From Gammaproteobacteria bacterium (GTDB lineage: Bacteria; Pseudomonadota; Gammaproteobacteria; UBA4575), in NCBI GenBank assembly GCA_026710875.1, contig JAPOQE010000113.1:3144-67143 (forward strand): DNA of 64,000 nt, written 5' to 3'. Both the position numbers and the translations under genes were made by a program. The notes under the pieces are model-generated. The model saw only the letters and a program-made list of their open reading frames with translations, did no database searches and was not told where the DNA came from. Positions 21,257 through 31,077 of this stretch are shown one piece after another (positions within the stretch are counted from its first letter, which is position 1; each line of letters starts with the position of its first letter).

Positions 21257-23161
21257 CTAGGCTTCGGAGTTGTTCGTGATCTCGATGATCATCCGGTTCA
21301 GTCGATGAACGAAAGCCGCCGGGTCTTCGAGTTGGCCGCCCTCGGCAAGAATTGCCTGATCAAGCAGGATCATTGCCCAGTCTTCAAACCGGTCTTCAGC
21401 TTGTTCATCCTCCATTCTCCTGACCAGGGTATGAGCAGGGTTGATTTCCAACACAGGCTTGGTCGTCGGTAATTCATGCCCGGCCTGCCTCATCAGGTGC
21501 TGCATGTAGAGCGCCATGTCGTGCTCGTTCAGCACGATGCATGCAGGTGAAGTGGTCAAGCGCAGAGAAACCCGCACTGCCTCCACCTTGTCCTGCAATA
21601 CCTTGCCGATGCGCTCGACCAGCTTTTCTGCTTCTTTTTCCTTTTTCTTTTGTGCTTCCTTGTCTTCTTCTCCACTGATCTCGCCCAGATCGAGTTCACC
21701 TTTGGCGATGGAAGCGAAGGATTTTTCCTGGTACTCATTCAGATGGCTCATCAGCCATTCGTCGACCCGGTCTGAAAGCAATAACACTTCAATGCCCTTG
21801 TCACGAAAAATCTCCAGGTGCGGACTGCTCTTGGCCGCTGCATGGCTGTCCGCGGTGATGTAGTAGATTTTGTCCTGCTCCGGTTTCATACGGGCAATGT
21901 ATTCGTCCAGTGAGACGTGCTGAACCTCGCTGTCATTATTCGTGGTAGCAAATCTCAACAGCCCGGCAATTTTTTCCCGGTTGGCAAAATCTTCACCCGG
22001 ACCCTCTTTCAGAACCTTGCCAAACACCGACCAGAACTCCTGGTATTTGTCTGTCTCGTTGGCAGCCATGTTCTCAAGCAAGCCCAGGATCTTCTTGACC
22101 GAGCCCGAGCGGATGTTGTCGATGATCTTGTTGCTTTGCAGGATTTCACGCGAAATATTCAGTGGCAAATCATTTGAATCGATAATGCCCCGGATGAAAC
22201 GTAAATACCGTGGCAACAGTTTTTCGGCATCATCCATGATGAATACCCTTTGCACATAGAGTTTTACGCCGTGTGCGGGGTTGGGTTCAAACAGGTCGAA
22301 AGGTGCCTGCTTCGGGATATATAAAAGTGAAATATATTCTGTTTTGCCCTCAACGCGATTGTGGGACCACACCAGGGGCTCTGCAAAATCATGGCTGACG
22401 TGTTTGTAGAATTCCGTGTATTCCTCGTCACTGATTTCGCTTTTTGGCCGCGCCCATAGTGCAGATGCCTTGTTCACCGTTTCCCACTTTGCCGTAACCT
22501 CGCCCTTATCGTTCAGTTCTCTCATTTCAATGGGCAGGGGAACGTGATCCGAGTACTTTGTAATGATGGAGCGAAGGCCCCAGCTGTTGAGCAACTCCTC
22601 CTCATCCTTTTTCAGATGCAGGACAACTTCAGTTCCGCGCTTGGCCTTTTTTGCCTGCTCCAGGGTGTATGAGCCGGCACCCTCGGACTCCCAGCAAACC
22701 GCCTGATCGTCCGGCAGACCGGCCTTGAGGGTCGTCAGGGTGACTTTATCTGCAACAATGAAGGCAGAATAAAAGCCGACTCCAAACTGGCCGATCAGGT
22801 GTGAATCCTTGCTTTGATCCCCGGTGAGCTGGTCAAGAAACTCGCGGGTCCCTGATCGGGCAATGGTGCCGATATTGCCAACCACTTCATCACGGCTCAT
22901 GCCGATGCCGTTGTCACGTACCGTGACCGTGTGCGCATCCGTGTCAAACTCGATCTGGATCTTGAGATCCGGATCCTTGCTCAGCAAGGTATCGTCAGAC
23001 ACGCCCTCAAAGCGCAGCCTGTCGCATGCATCGGAAGCATTGGAAACCAGCTCTCGCAAAAATATCTCCTTGTTTGAATAAAGAGAATGAATCATTAAAT
23101 GCAAAAGTTGCGTGACTTCGGTTTCGAACTGCAGGGTCTCTTTTTTGGTTTTTGTGCTCAT
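21257..23161 (-). CDS. htpG: molecular chaperone HtpG (Hsp90)
   Basis: 634 aa. GHKL ATPase motifs (LYSNKEIFLRELVSNASDA, DNGIGM) and Hsp90 middle and C-terminal domains. Confidence 0.97.
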   Translation of the reverse strand: MSTKTKKETLQFETEVTQLLHLMIHSLYSNKEIFLRELVSNASDACDRLRFEGVSDDTLLSKDPDLKIQIEFDTDAHTVTVRDNGIGMSRDEVVGNIGTIARSGTREFLDQLTGDQSKDSHLIGQFGVGFYSAFIVADKVTLTTLKAGLPDDQAVCWESEGAGSYTLEQAKKAKRGTEVVLHLKKDEEELLNSWGLRSIITKYSDHVPLPIEMRELNDKGEVTAKWETVNKASALWARPKSEISDEEYTEFYKHVSHDFAEPLVWSHNRVEGKTEYISLLYIPKQAPFDLFEPNPAHGVKLYVQRVFIMDDAEKLLPRYLRFIRGIIDSNDLPLNISREILQSNKIIDNIRSGSVKKILGLLENMAANETDKYQEFWSVFGKVLKEGPGEDFANREKIAGLLRFATTNNDSEVQHVSLDEYIARMKPEQDKIYYITADSHAAAKSSPHLEIFRDKGIEVLLLSDRVDEWLMSHLNEYQEKSFASIAKGELDLGEISGEEDKEAQKKKEKEAEKLVERIGKVLQDKVEAVRVSLRLTTSPACIVLNEHDMALYMQHLMRQAGHELPTTKPVLEINPAHTLVRRMEDEQAEDRFEDWAMILLDQAILAEGGQLEDPAAFVHRLNRMIIEITNNSEA

Positions 23162-23191
23162 CTTGTCTCTTGGGTTTTCAGAATCAAAGGG

Positions 23192-23398
23192 TTACCGGTT
23201 GATATCGCCATCCACTTCCAGGGACAACGTTGTATCCGGAGCGTGATCGCCATAGTCGGTCAGGTCATGCAGGCACACTTTCAGGCGCAGCTTGCTGACG
23301 TCAGGGTTTCTTGCCAGATGTCCGACAATCGCCTCATCAGCGCGGACTCCAAATGTCTTGAGCAGTGCACGAATGTCTTTTCTGCTGTTGTCTTCCAT
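23192..23398 (-). CDS. small hypothetical protein (68 aa) upstream of htpG
   Basis: Clean ORF in the htpG leader region. No recognisable family. Confidence 0.35.
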   Translation of the reverse strand: MEDNSRKDIRALLKTFGVRADEAIVGHLARNPDVSKLRLKVCLHDLTDYGDHAPDTTLSLEVDGDINR

Positions 23399-23430
23399 TG
23401 CTTCCCTCCGTTAACGGTGCATAAAGTAGT

Positions 23431-24129
23431 TTATAGGGTCATTTTCCGAGAAATAAAGGCCATCAGAAAATCTTTCAGTATCTTTTGAGCCTGACGGAAT
23501 CTTTCACAATCCGCCAGCATATCCTCCAGCCCCTGAATATACGGACCCGATTTGCCGGGATCGCCACATGCCTGGTAGATGGCCTGCACGTGGCTGGGCA
23601 GCATCTCAAGATGGAACTGCAGGGCGATTGCATGGTTTTCATAGACAAAAGCCTGGTTTTCACAGCCCTCGCTGGAGATAAAATGACTGGCACCTGCGGG
23701 AATCGAGAAGGTATCTCCATGCCAGTGCAGGGCCTCGAAGCTTTCTGGGAAACCCTGTGCACAGCTACCGGGTTCCCGCGTGCACTGTACCGGATACCAG
23801 CCAATTTCCTCGTGTGCGTTTTTACTGACGCTGGCCCCCAGGACCTCGGCAAGCAGTTGCGCCCCGAGACATACACCCAGCACAGGGATCTGTCGGCGCA
23901 GGGCGGCTTCAATGAATTCCTTCTCCTGCGCCAACCATGGGTAACGGTCGACGTCATGCACGCCCATCGGTCCGCCCATGATGACCAATGCATCGATGTC
24001 GTGCACCAGGGGCATTGGCTGGTCGTGATACAGGCACGTGTTTGAAAGACGATGCCCCTCGGCGACAAAAACATGCTCCATGCTTCCCAGGCCCTCGAAA
24101 GGCACGTGTTTCAGGTAATGGATGTGCAT
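23431..24129 (-). CDS. class I glutamine amidotransferase-like protein
   Basis: GATase1 fold with nucleophile elbow GVCLGAQLL and HGD-type His near the C-terminus. Confidence 0.75.
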   Translation of the reverse strand: MHIHYLKHVPFEGLGSMEHVFVAEGHRLSNTCLYHDQPMPLVHDIDALVIMGGPMGVHDVDRYPWLAQEKEFIEAALRRQIPVLGVCLGAQLLAEVLGASVSKNAHEEIGWYPVQCTREPGSCAQGFPESFEALHWHGDTFSIPAGASHFISSEGCENQAFVYENHAIALQFHLEMLPSHVQAIYQACGDPGKSGPYIQGLEDMLADCERFRQAQKILKDFLMAFISRKMTL

Positions 24130-24161
24130 GGCCTGAGTGCTGCTGTAGGCAGTGGTCCCTT

Positions 24162-24638
24162 TCAGTGTCCGTGCAGGATCTTTTGTTCGTGATCAAGCAG
24201 CCATTGTTTGCGGCGCACCAGGCTGCCGTCCTCGTCGCCCATGAACCCGCCCAGACCGTTTGCAGCCACCACACGATGACAGGGAACAATCAGCAGCAGG
24301 TTGTTGCGCCGGCAGGCATTTCCTACTGCGCGGGGGCCGGATTTTATCTTTCGGGCAATCTCTCCATAGGTCTGCGTTGCACCAAACGGTATTTTTGTGA
24401 TCTGGTCCCAGACACGCACCTGATAGTCCGTCGCACCCGGAAACAAAAACGGGAGATCAAACTGCTGCAGACGGCCGCCAAACCAGGCCTTGAGCTGTTT
24501 TTGCACGTCCCGGGCAAAGGGTTCTTTTCCTGCTGAAGCCCGTGCTTTGGTAGCCCGCACGGCCACCACGTAACCGCCTTCATATTCAACAGCGAGGTTC
24601 CCGATCGGCGAACTTGTGACGAATTTGTTCATTGGCAT
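24162..24638 (-). CDS. ogt: methylated-DNA--protein-cysteine methyltransferase
   Basis: Active-site IVPCHRVV motif and helix-turn-helix YGEIA. 158 aa. Confidence 0.9.
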   Translation of the reverse strand: MPMNKFVTSSPIGNLAVEYEGGYVVAVRATKARASAGKEPFARDVQKQLKAWFGGRLQQFDLPFLFPGATDYQVRVWDQITKIPFGATQTYGEIARKIKSGPRAVGNACRRNNLLLIVPCHRVVAANGLGGFMGDEDGSLVRRKQWLLDHEQKILHGH

Positions 24639-25049
24639 GACTGATTTTACCCGTGTCTTGGACAGGCAGCGTCATTATTTCAGGAATACGAAAGCGAGAA
24701 GCCGCAAACCTCGATGGCGTGGATGCAGGAATCGGTCAGGTGAATTCGCGTGATGGCACACCTGTGCATTGTTCCGGCAGGGGGGCAAGACGGAGGTCCT
24801 TCCCGGAGCAATGTTATGAGTGCTAGTAAGATTGGTAACTCTTTGATTATCTTTAAATAGGTAATGCTCGGCACACTCAGTGTAAATCTTTTTAGTTCAA
24901 TGAGTTAAGCCAGTATAGTGCAAGTAGTGAAAGCTAAGCGGTGTACCTAGTGTGCACCTAAAACATAGGTTTTCCCAGATCGATTATCGTCATTTTGTCG
25001 CAAGGAGGGTATATGAAAATACCCTAAAATTGTTGGACGTTATTATGGC

Positions 25050-26441
25050 CTAAAGAAAATAATCGGCACGGTCAAAACTGGAATCAAGCCGATCCAGTTT
25101 TTCCGGATGGTTGATCAAATCCTCGATAAACCAGTTGGCATGGTTGTACAGACAGGTGACGTCCTTGCACTCCTCGGTGGCATCGAACGTTTCAATCAGC
25201 CGCAAGGTATTTTTCTGTGCGGCAAGTAGGCTGTCCTGCGTTGCATAGGCATGTTTGCCTCCTATCAGCGCCTGGGGAACATGGCGGTATACCGGGCAGT
25301 TGAAGATGCCGAGTGGGCTGACTACCTGCCTGAAATACTGCATGTGACAATTGTGCGGCTGTCGGCTGTAGTTCATGTACGTGCCATTTTCCAGCACTCT
25401 CAGGTTGGTGCTTTCCACGACTGTAAAGTTTTCATCTTCCAGTTTTTGAGCCTCGTGGATGGCATTGCGAATTTTGGTCATCGTCAAGTCTACGTGCTCT
25501 CGCCCCTTTTCTATGCCGACAACTTCGGCATTGTTCAGTTCGGAACGGGTAAGGAACGGCTTGTAGGAGATGTAGTCGAACTGGTGCTGCCTGGCCAGTT
25601 GTGCCGCAATCACCATTTCATCGATATTTTCAATGATCCCTGTGTCGTTGGTTTCACAGTCTTTCCACACGATGATGTAGCTGAACCCGATCATGAGTTC
25701 AGGGTTTAGTTGCTTGATGGGTGGAATTTGTTCGCAAATCCAATCCAGTGTGCATTTCTTGCTGCCGGGCTTGTGCATGGCACGGAAGGTTTCATTGGTG
25801 CCGGAATCCAGAGAAAGCCGAACCCAGTCACGCTTTCCCAGCACGTCGGCCACCGCATGAATCTTTCTCATCATGCTGCCATTGGTGACCACACCTATCT
25901 GCACGTCCATTGCCTTCAAGTGGCGCACAACATCCTCAAAACCCTTGTAGGCCGTGGGTTCACCGCCGCCAATGATGATCACGGATCGCAATCCATGTTT
26001 CACCAGTTGTGTCAAAGAATTCTTGAGCAACTCATGTTCGTAGTTGATGTTCTTGTTCAGAATATCCATGTCCACACAATGATCGCAGCGGTAGTTGCAG
26101 GCAGTGGTCACGTCCAGATTGATGGAAACCGGTGCATGCCGAGGTGCGTTTTCCAATGCCTGCTCAAAGGTTATGGCATCGGCCGCATAGCCCTCCCGCC
26201 ACTCTACCTGCCAGCGCACATATTCTTTCAGGTTTTTCAGTACCCCAGGTTGGCGGAGCTTGCCCATAAAGTCATGCAGGGGGGATAGCTCTGTCTGCTT
26301 CTCAACCCGGTTTTCCGTGGCTTTTACGTGCAGGGGAAGATGGTTGGTTTGCAGGTTCGATCTTAAGTCGAACTTGCTAAAGTTGATCAGCGGTGAAACC
26401 TCGATCAGCACCTCACCGCTTTCAGAGTGAATTTTTTGCAT
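25050..26441 (-). CDS. radical SAM domain protein of unknown function
   Basis: CNYRCDHC (CxxxCxxC) plus GGGEP motif. About 110-aa N-terminal extension. C-terminal Cys cluster (NCH...NCP...ECKDVTC). AT-rich gene inside a low-GC island. Confidence 0.8.
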   Translation of the reverse strand: MQKIHSESGEVLIEVSPLINFSKFDLRSNLQTNHLPLHVKATENRVEKQTELSPLHDFMGKLRQPGVLKNLKEYVRWQVEWREGYAADAITFEQALENAPRHAPVSINLDVTTACNYRCDHCVDMDILNKNINYEHELLKNSLTQLVKHGLRSVIIIGGGEPTAYKGFEDVVRHLKAMDVQIGVVTNGSMMRKIHAVADVLGKRDWVRLSLDSGTNETFRAMHKPGSKKCTLDWICEQIPPIKQLNPELMIGFSYIIVWKDCETNDTGIIENIDEMVIAAQLARQHQFDYISYKPFLTRSELNNAEVVGIEKGREHVDLTMTKIRNAIHEAQKLEDENFTVVESTNLRVLENGTYMNYSRQPHNCHMQYFRQVVSPLGIFNCPVYRHVPQALIGGKHAYATQDSLLAAQKNTLRLIETFDATEECKDVTCLYNHANWFIEDLINHPEKLDRLDSSFDRADYFL

Positions 26442-26580
26442 GGAATTAATTTGTGTCTATCGCTTGGTAGATTTGCAATAAATGCGCCATCCCGTCAATC
26501 AGTGCAGTTTCGCCTAAGCTAGGGTTGAATGAAAATAAACCACAAGATACCTGATCAAGCTGGGCCTTATTAGCTAATTG

Positions 26581-27492
26581 TCAAACTCTGTATACTGCCT
26601 GATTTTGAAGTAATACAAATTGCTCTTGTTTCTCTTGTTCGCAAGTTGTACGAGTCAATGCATCAAAGTTTGTAACAATAGCTTCAATCATTGGGTTACG
26701 GTTTTTTTCACTTCCTCCAACATGGTAGAAGTGTTCCCGCGTATAAATATTAAATTTACTCCACATTGATTCAATGTATTCATTTTTCCGAAAATCATTG
26801 TGATGCCAGGTGGATAGGATGAATCTACACTTTTTCTTATTTAATACATGAAATAATGCCTGTTCATGTTCGCTATCCCAACCACTGTAGTAGTCAACAT
26901 GTCGGTCAATGTAAGGTGGGTCACAATAGACAATATCGTCTTCCTCTGCCAATTTAACAGTTTTCTCAAATTGTTGACATTTGAAAGTGAAATCTTTGAG
27001 TTTCAGAAGCTGCCTTACATAATGAACTTGGTTAACAATTTTCGTTACGTAAGCTTGAGAAAATCTTTTAGATTTTTTACAAAATGGTATGTTGAAGCTA
27101 CCTTTCCGATTAAACCTAATCATCCCATTGAATCCGGCACGATTTATGAAAAGGAAGTCTAATGGCTCATGTTTTTCATTAAACCTTTCACGGATTTCAT
27201 AGTAGTGAATATCCCCCTTTTCTTGCAGTAATGAGCCTTCTTCATTTAAATAATTTCTTACAATCTCAGGGGTGATCTTTCCGTCCTTTACCGCACTGTA
27301 GAAATTGATTATGTGTGGGTTCGTATCACACATCAACGCATGTTCCGGAGCAATATTGAACCCGACAACTCCCGTCCCTGAAAATGGCTCAATCCACTTA
27401 CCATTAAATTCGTCTGGAACAATGCTTTTGATCCAAGGCACGAGTTTAGTTTTAATGCCTTGAGATTTAATTGGAGGTACACGTACTTTCAA
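26581..27492 (-). CDS. M.EcoRV-like N6-adenine DNA methyltransferase (Dam/D12 class)
   Basis: Strong similarity to M.EcoRV ([23 protein letters not shown] FxGxG motif, catalytic DPPY, WHHND). The stop overlaps the REase gene by 4 nt. Confidence 0.9.
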   Translation of the reverse strand: MKVRVPPIKSQGIKTKLVPWIKSIVPDEFNGKWIEPFSGTGVVGFNIAPEHALMCDTNPHIINFYSAVKDGKITPEIVRNYLNEEGSLLQEKGDIHYYEIRERFNEKHEPLDFLFINRAGFNGMIRFNRKGSFNIPFCKKSKRFSQAYVTKIVNQVHYVRQLLKLKDFTFKCQQFEKTVKLAEEDDIVYCDPPYIDRHVDYYSGWDSEHEQALFHVLNKKKCRFILSTWHHNDFRKNEYIESMWSKFNIYTREHFYHVGGSEKNRNPMIEAIVTNFDALTRTTCEQEKQEQFVLLQNQAVYRV

Positions 27493-28334
27493 TATCTCAC
27501 CTTGCTCGGATCACTATTGTTTTTAGGAACTATTAGCGAACTGTCACCATTCCTATATGCAACAAACTCTTTTAAGTTGTTAATCTTTTTCGTTCCACCT
27601 TTATTGTCAGGAATCGTAATCTTGTTGAAGTTAATCCAGTATTCGTCAAACCAGTCCTCACCTAGCTGTGAAAACATGCCATCTCCGTTAATAATGTCCA
27701 TAATACGGTTTATACTGCCAATGTTGGCAGTATTTCCGCTTCCTCTTTTATCACTCGCAATCTTCCATTTCTCAGCAACAAAGAATTGAAAGTTACCTAC
27801 AACTGATTTAATAGCTTGCAATTCTTCAAGCTTGTGAGGTCTCGTTTCATCAATTGCAGTGTTTTCTATGCGGTCATAAATTATTCCTAAGCAGAAATGG
27901 CCAGCATATGACTTATACGGAAATCTAATATTTTTAGTGCTATCTCGGTTTTGAAAATACTCGCCATGTGAGCCGAGGGTGAATCCATTGCATAAGTATG
28001 CCTTATCAGGATTGCGGTAAGTTGTTTTAAAGTCCACCGCAAACTTCACAGATTCATCATCAGACTTAACAAACGAGATGTCGGGGTAGTGATTCTGGTG
28101 TTCAGGCAAAACGATTCTATAACCATGCCTTTGAGAGAATTCCAGAATTTTCGGAAACAAATGAATCTCAAGGATTTTCGACACGATCTTAGTGTCAGAA
28201 GAAATAGTGTATACATTACGGAAAACATCGATAAATCCTTTGACAGCCCATTGCCCATCTTCTGAACTGATATGCTGCTGCAAGACCTCCACATGGTCTT
28301 TTAATTGTATTTCAAATTCTTCTTTTGCTGTCAT
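27489..28334 (-). CDS. EcoRV-family type II restriction endonuclease
   Basis: Collinear similarity to R.EcoRV: QNHYPD (PD), AVDFKTTY ((D/E)xK), [17 protein letters not shown]. Translationally coupled to the methyltransferase. Confidence 0.85.
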   Translation of the reverse strand: MTAKEEFEIQLKDHVEVLQQHISSEDGQWAVKGFIDVFRNVYTISSDTKIVSKILEIHLFPKILEFSQRHGYRIVLPEHQNHYPDISFVKSDDESVKFAVDFKTTYRNPDKAYLCNGFTLGSHGEYFQNRDSTKNIRFPYKSYAGHFCLGIIYDRIENTAIDETRPHKLEELQAIKSVVGNFQFFVAEKWKIASDKRGSGNTANIGSINRIMDIINGDGMFSQLGEDWFDEYWINFNKITIPDNKGGTKKINNLKEFVAYRNGDSSLIVPKNNSDPSKVRY

Positions 28335-28372
28335 TTAATTCCTGTGCCTTCTGTACGCATAATGCACACAAC

Positions 28373-28654
28373 TCACAACATGGGCAAATTTAGTATTTTT
28401 GCGAGGAATCGTCCATAGTGAATACGGACCTCAGGCAGTATGGAGAGCGCATTCAGATAGATTCTCTGACGAGCAGGTGCTGTCGGGTCAGATTTGCCTG
28501 ACACCAATGCCGTGAAGTACCTCAGTCGATCAACGACATGCTCTTGAGGAAGAAGAGTTTTCGCCAGACGAACAGGGTCCAGCCATTTATACGGAGTACC
28601 TTTTAGAGCTCCATAGTACAAATTGAAACCATCAACATAGATCCAGGTTTTCAT
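28373..28654 (-). pseudogene. truncated NYN-domain (LabA/DUF88-like) gene remnant
   Basis: IYVDGFNLYYGA N-terminal NYN signature, but only about 94 aa. Full-length homologues are about 2-3x longer. It ends at the REase start. Confidence 0.55.
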
Positions 28655-28660
28655 CGGCTC

Positions 28661-28698
28661 CAAAACGAAGCAAGGGCAACCCCTAGGGGGCTGCCCTT
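28661..28698 (-). terminator. rplS operon intrinsic terminator
   Basis: CAAGGGCA-(13-nt loop)-TGCCCTTG GC-rich hairpin followed on the minus strand by CUUCGUUUUGG. Confidence 0.5.
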
Positions 28699-28914
28699 GA
28701 GCTGACAGCATGCTGCCAGCGGGTAATTAGTTGCATTCTAGGACAGACGAATGGTACGCGCTGCCAAGCGTAAAGGTGGTTGTGTGTCCGTTTGAAATTT
28801 GAGGCCGGTATCAAGCAGCTGTGTGCTTGATAGCCTTTACAATGAGGTCATTGAGTATTCTTACGCTGACATCAGCCATTCTGCAGTCATGCTAGTCTAC
28901 TATAGACAGGTATT

Positions 28915-29259
28915 CTAAATCTTTTCCTTTATTCGTGCAGCCTTACCGGTTCTTCCACGCAGGTAGTACAGCTTGGCACGCCTCACCTTGCCCTTGCGTT
29001 TCACCTTGATGCTGGCAATCAGGGGGCTGTGTGTCTGAAAGGTACGCTCAACGCCTTCACCGTGAGAGAGTTTCCTGACCGTGAAAGCCGAGTTGATTCC
29101 ACGGTTGCGTTTGGCAATCACGACCCCTTCAAAGGCCTGCAAACGCTCCCGGTTACCTTCCCTTACCTTGACCTGTATCACGACGGTATCTCCGGGATTG
29201 AATTCCGGAATGTCTGTTTTAAGCTGTTGCTGGTCCAGCTCTTCGATGATGTTGGTCAT
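28915..29259 (-). CDS. rplS: 50S ribosomal protein L19
   Basis: 114 aa, a typical L19 sequence. It ends the rpsP-rimM-trmD-rplS operon. Confidence 0.97.
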   Translation of the reverse strand: MTNIIEELDQQQLKTDIPEFNPGDTVVIQVKVREGNRERLQAFEGVVIAKRNRGINSAFTVRKLSHGEGVERTFQTHSPLIASIKVKRKGKVRRAKLYYLRGRTGKAARIKEKI

Positions 29260-29282
29260 GGCTATCTCTCACCTTGAATTCA

Positions 29283-30026
29283 CTAATTCTTCTGCTCTTG
29301 CAGGTACTCCTCAAGCAGGTCATCTTGCTCCTCGCTGAGTTCCAGCTTGGCAAACAAGTCGGGTCTGCGCAGGTAGGTCCGTCCCAGCGCCTGCTTTTTC
29401 CGCCAGCGCTCTATGGCCTGATGATCCCCTTGAAGCAGCACTTCCGGGACTTCACGGCTATCAACGATCCCCGGGCGCGTATAATGCGGGCAATCGAGCA
29501 TCCCGTCAACAAAGGAATCCTGTCGGGCCGATTCCTCGTGTCCGAGTGCCCCGGGAACATGCCGGATCAGGGCATCGATTAGCAGCATGGCAGGCAGCTC
29601 CCCTCCACTGACAACAAAATTGCCAACGGCAAGCTCTTCATCGGTCTCCGCCTCAATGAGCCTTTCATCAATGCCCTCATAGCGGCCTGCCACCAGCACA
29701 AGATTATTATAGTCACGCAAGCGGGAGACATCTTCGTGCCCGAATAGCTTGCCTTGTGCGGACAAGCACACCACGCGGCTGTTCGGCTCGTGACCACGCG
29801 CCTTGCGGATCGCTTTCTGCAGCGGCTCATAGCACATCACCATGCCAGGACCGCCTCCGTAAGGCCGGTCATCGACATGGCCGTGGAGGTCCGTTGAGAA
29901 TTCTCTCGGGTTCAAGGTATGCAGTTCGACCAGGCCGCTCTCGAGCGCTCGGCCGATGACACCATAACGAGCCAGGTTCAGCACCATTTCCGGAAACAGC
30001 GTGATAATCTGAATACGCATGATCAC
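29283..30026 (-). CDS. trmD: tRNA (guanine37-N1)-methyltransferase
   Basis: SPOUT/TrmD motifs and operon position. Confidence 0.95.
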   Translation of the reverse strand: MIMRIQIITLFPEMVLNLARYGVIGRALESGLVELHTLNPREFSTDLHGHVDDRPYGGGPGMVMCYEPLQKAIRKARGHEPNSRVVCLSAQGKLFGHEDVSRLRDYNNLVLVAGRYEGIDERLIEAETDEELAVGNFVVSGGELPAMLLIDALIRHVPGALGHEESARQDSFVDGMLDCPHYTRPGIVDSREVPEVLLQGDHQAIERWRKKQALGRTYLRRPDLFAKLELSEEQDDLLEEYLQEQKN

Positions 30027-30031
30027 TGCGA

Positions 30032-30550
30032 TCAGCTGAAGTCGAGTTGCCAGTCTACCGTCATCAGCTTGCTCTCAAGGTCTACTTCTCTCACAACCTC
30101 TCCAGGAAGGTAAGGGATCAGAACCTCGGCCTCGTCTGCACTGCCCTTGACGACAAGCACGTCGTTCGCACCGGTTTCCACGAGGCGTTCGATTTTTCCC
30201 AGCGCTTGTCCCGTCACGGTCTTCACATCCAGCCCGACAAGCTGGTACCAGTAATATTCACCTGCAGGCAATTCCGGTAGTTGCGTACTCGATACCCAGA
30301 TCTCGGCGTGCTTGAGGGCTTCTGCATCCGTGCGCGTGTCAATCCCTGCCAGATGCACAACCACTCCTCGACCGTGCACTTTGCCCTGGTCCACCTGATG
30401 TGAGCTTTCGCTATGGCCCTGGCGCAGATCCCACGCGGCATATTCCAGAATTTGCTCTTTGGGGCGACAGAAAGAATGGATCTTGAGCCAGCCTTTTATC
30501 CCGAAGGCTTCCTGCACATAGCCGACATGGATGCCTGGATGCTGACCCAA
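30032..30550 (-). CDS. rimM: ribosome maturation factor RimM
   Basis: RimM N-terminal domain and PRC barrel. 172 aa, between rpsP and trmD. Confidence 0.9.
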   Translation of the reverse strand: MGQHPGIHVGYVQEAFGIKGWLKIHSFCRPKEQILEYAAWDLRQGHSESSHQVDQGKVHGRGVVVHLAGIDTRTDAEALKHAEIWVSSTQLPELPAGEYYWYQLVGLDVKTVTGQALGKIERLVETGANDVLVVKGSADEAEVLIPYLPGEVVREVDLESKLMTVDWQLDFS

Positions 30551-30574
30551 ATTCCCGAAGGGATGCGATTTTTG

Positions 30575-30826
30575 CTACGCCGCCTGTTTGCGGTGTTGCT
30601 TGACCAGACTGGCAACGCGTTCCGACGGCTGTGCTCCATGCCCCAGCCAGTGTTCATAGCGTTCGTCCTCAATGTGAAAATTGACCTCCTGGCCTTTGGC
30701 AACCGGATTGAAATAGCCGATACGTTCGATATACCCGCTGTCCCTGCGCTTGCGGGAATCCGTTACCACAATGTTGTAAAAAGGGCGTTTTTTAGCTCCG
30801 CCCCGGGACAGTCGAATCGTTACCAT
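30575..30826 (-). CDS. rpsP: 30S ribosomal protein S16
   Basis: [21 protein letters not shown] is a canonical S16 N-terminus. Confidence 0.97.
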   Translation of the reverse strand: MVTIRLSRGGAKKRPFYNIVVTDSRKRRDSGYIERIGYFNPVAKGQEVNFHIEDERYEHWLGHGAQPSERVASLVKQHRKQAA

Positions 30827-31077
30827 AAAATTTTCCAGCCAGTGTCTGAATCACGCATAATCATGTCGGACCGTGCATTGTACGCAATTTAGCCTGAAAT
30901 AAAAGCCAAAAAGGGCGCAGCACAACAGAATTTGCAGCAGAAATGAAACGCTCCGGGCCGGGTTGGCATACCCGACTCGACGGATTTGCAGGTAACCGAT
31001 ACCCATCCACGGTGCGTGACAGCCAATGCAGGCAGATAAAACGGCTCGACACACCTCAACATGAATGCGCGAACGGC

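Noticed and set aside
23475-24074. 199-aa minus-strand ORF and 186-aa plus-strand ORF overlapping the GATase1 gene
   Set aside because: The alternative frames lack family features. The 23431..24129 frame carries the GATase1 nucleophile-elbow motif.
24640-25050. AT-rich 400-nt spacer between ogt and the radical-SAM gene with imperfect palindromes (GGTGTACCTAGTGTGCACC; GGGTAT..ATACCC) was examined for a tRNA or integrase attachment site
   Set aside because: No cloverleaf-compatible sequence (no GTTC-like T-arm or CCA context). No recognisable integrase gene nearby. The hairpins were left uncalled.
25251-26288. Two plus-strand ORFs (152 and 192 aa) across the radical-SAM gene
   Set aside because: Antisense to a gene with intact CxxxCxxC and GGGEP motifs. 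No SD or motif support.
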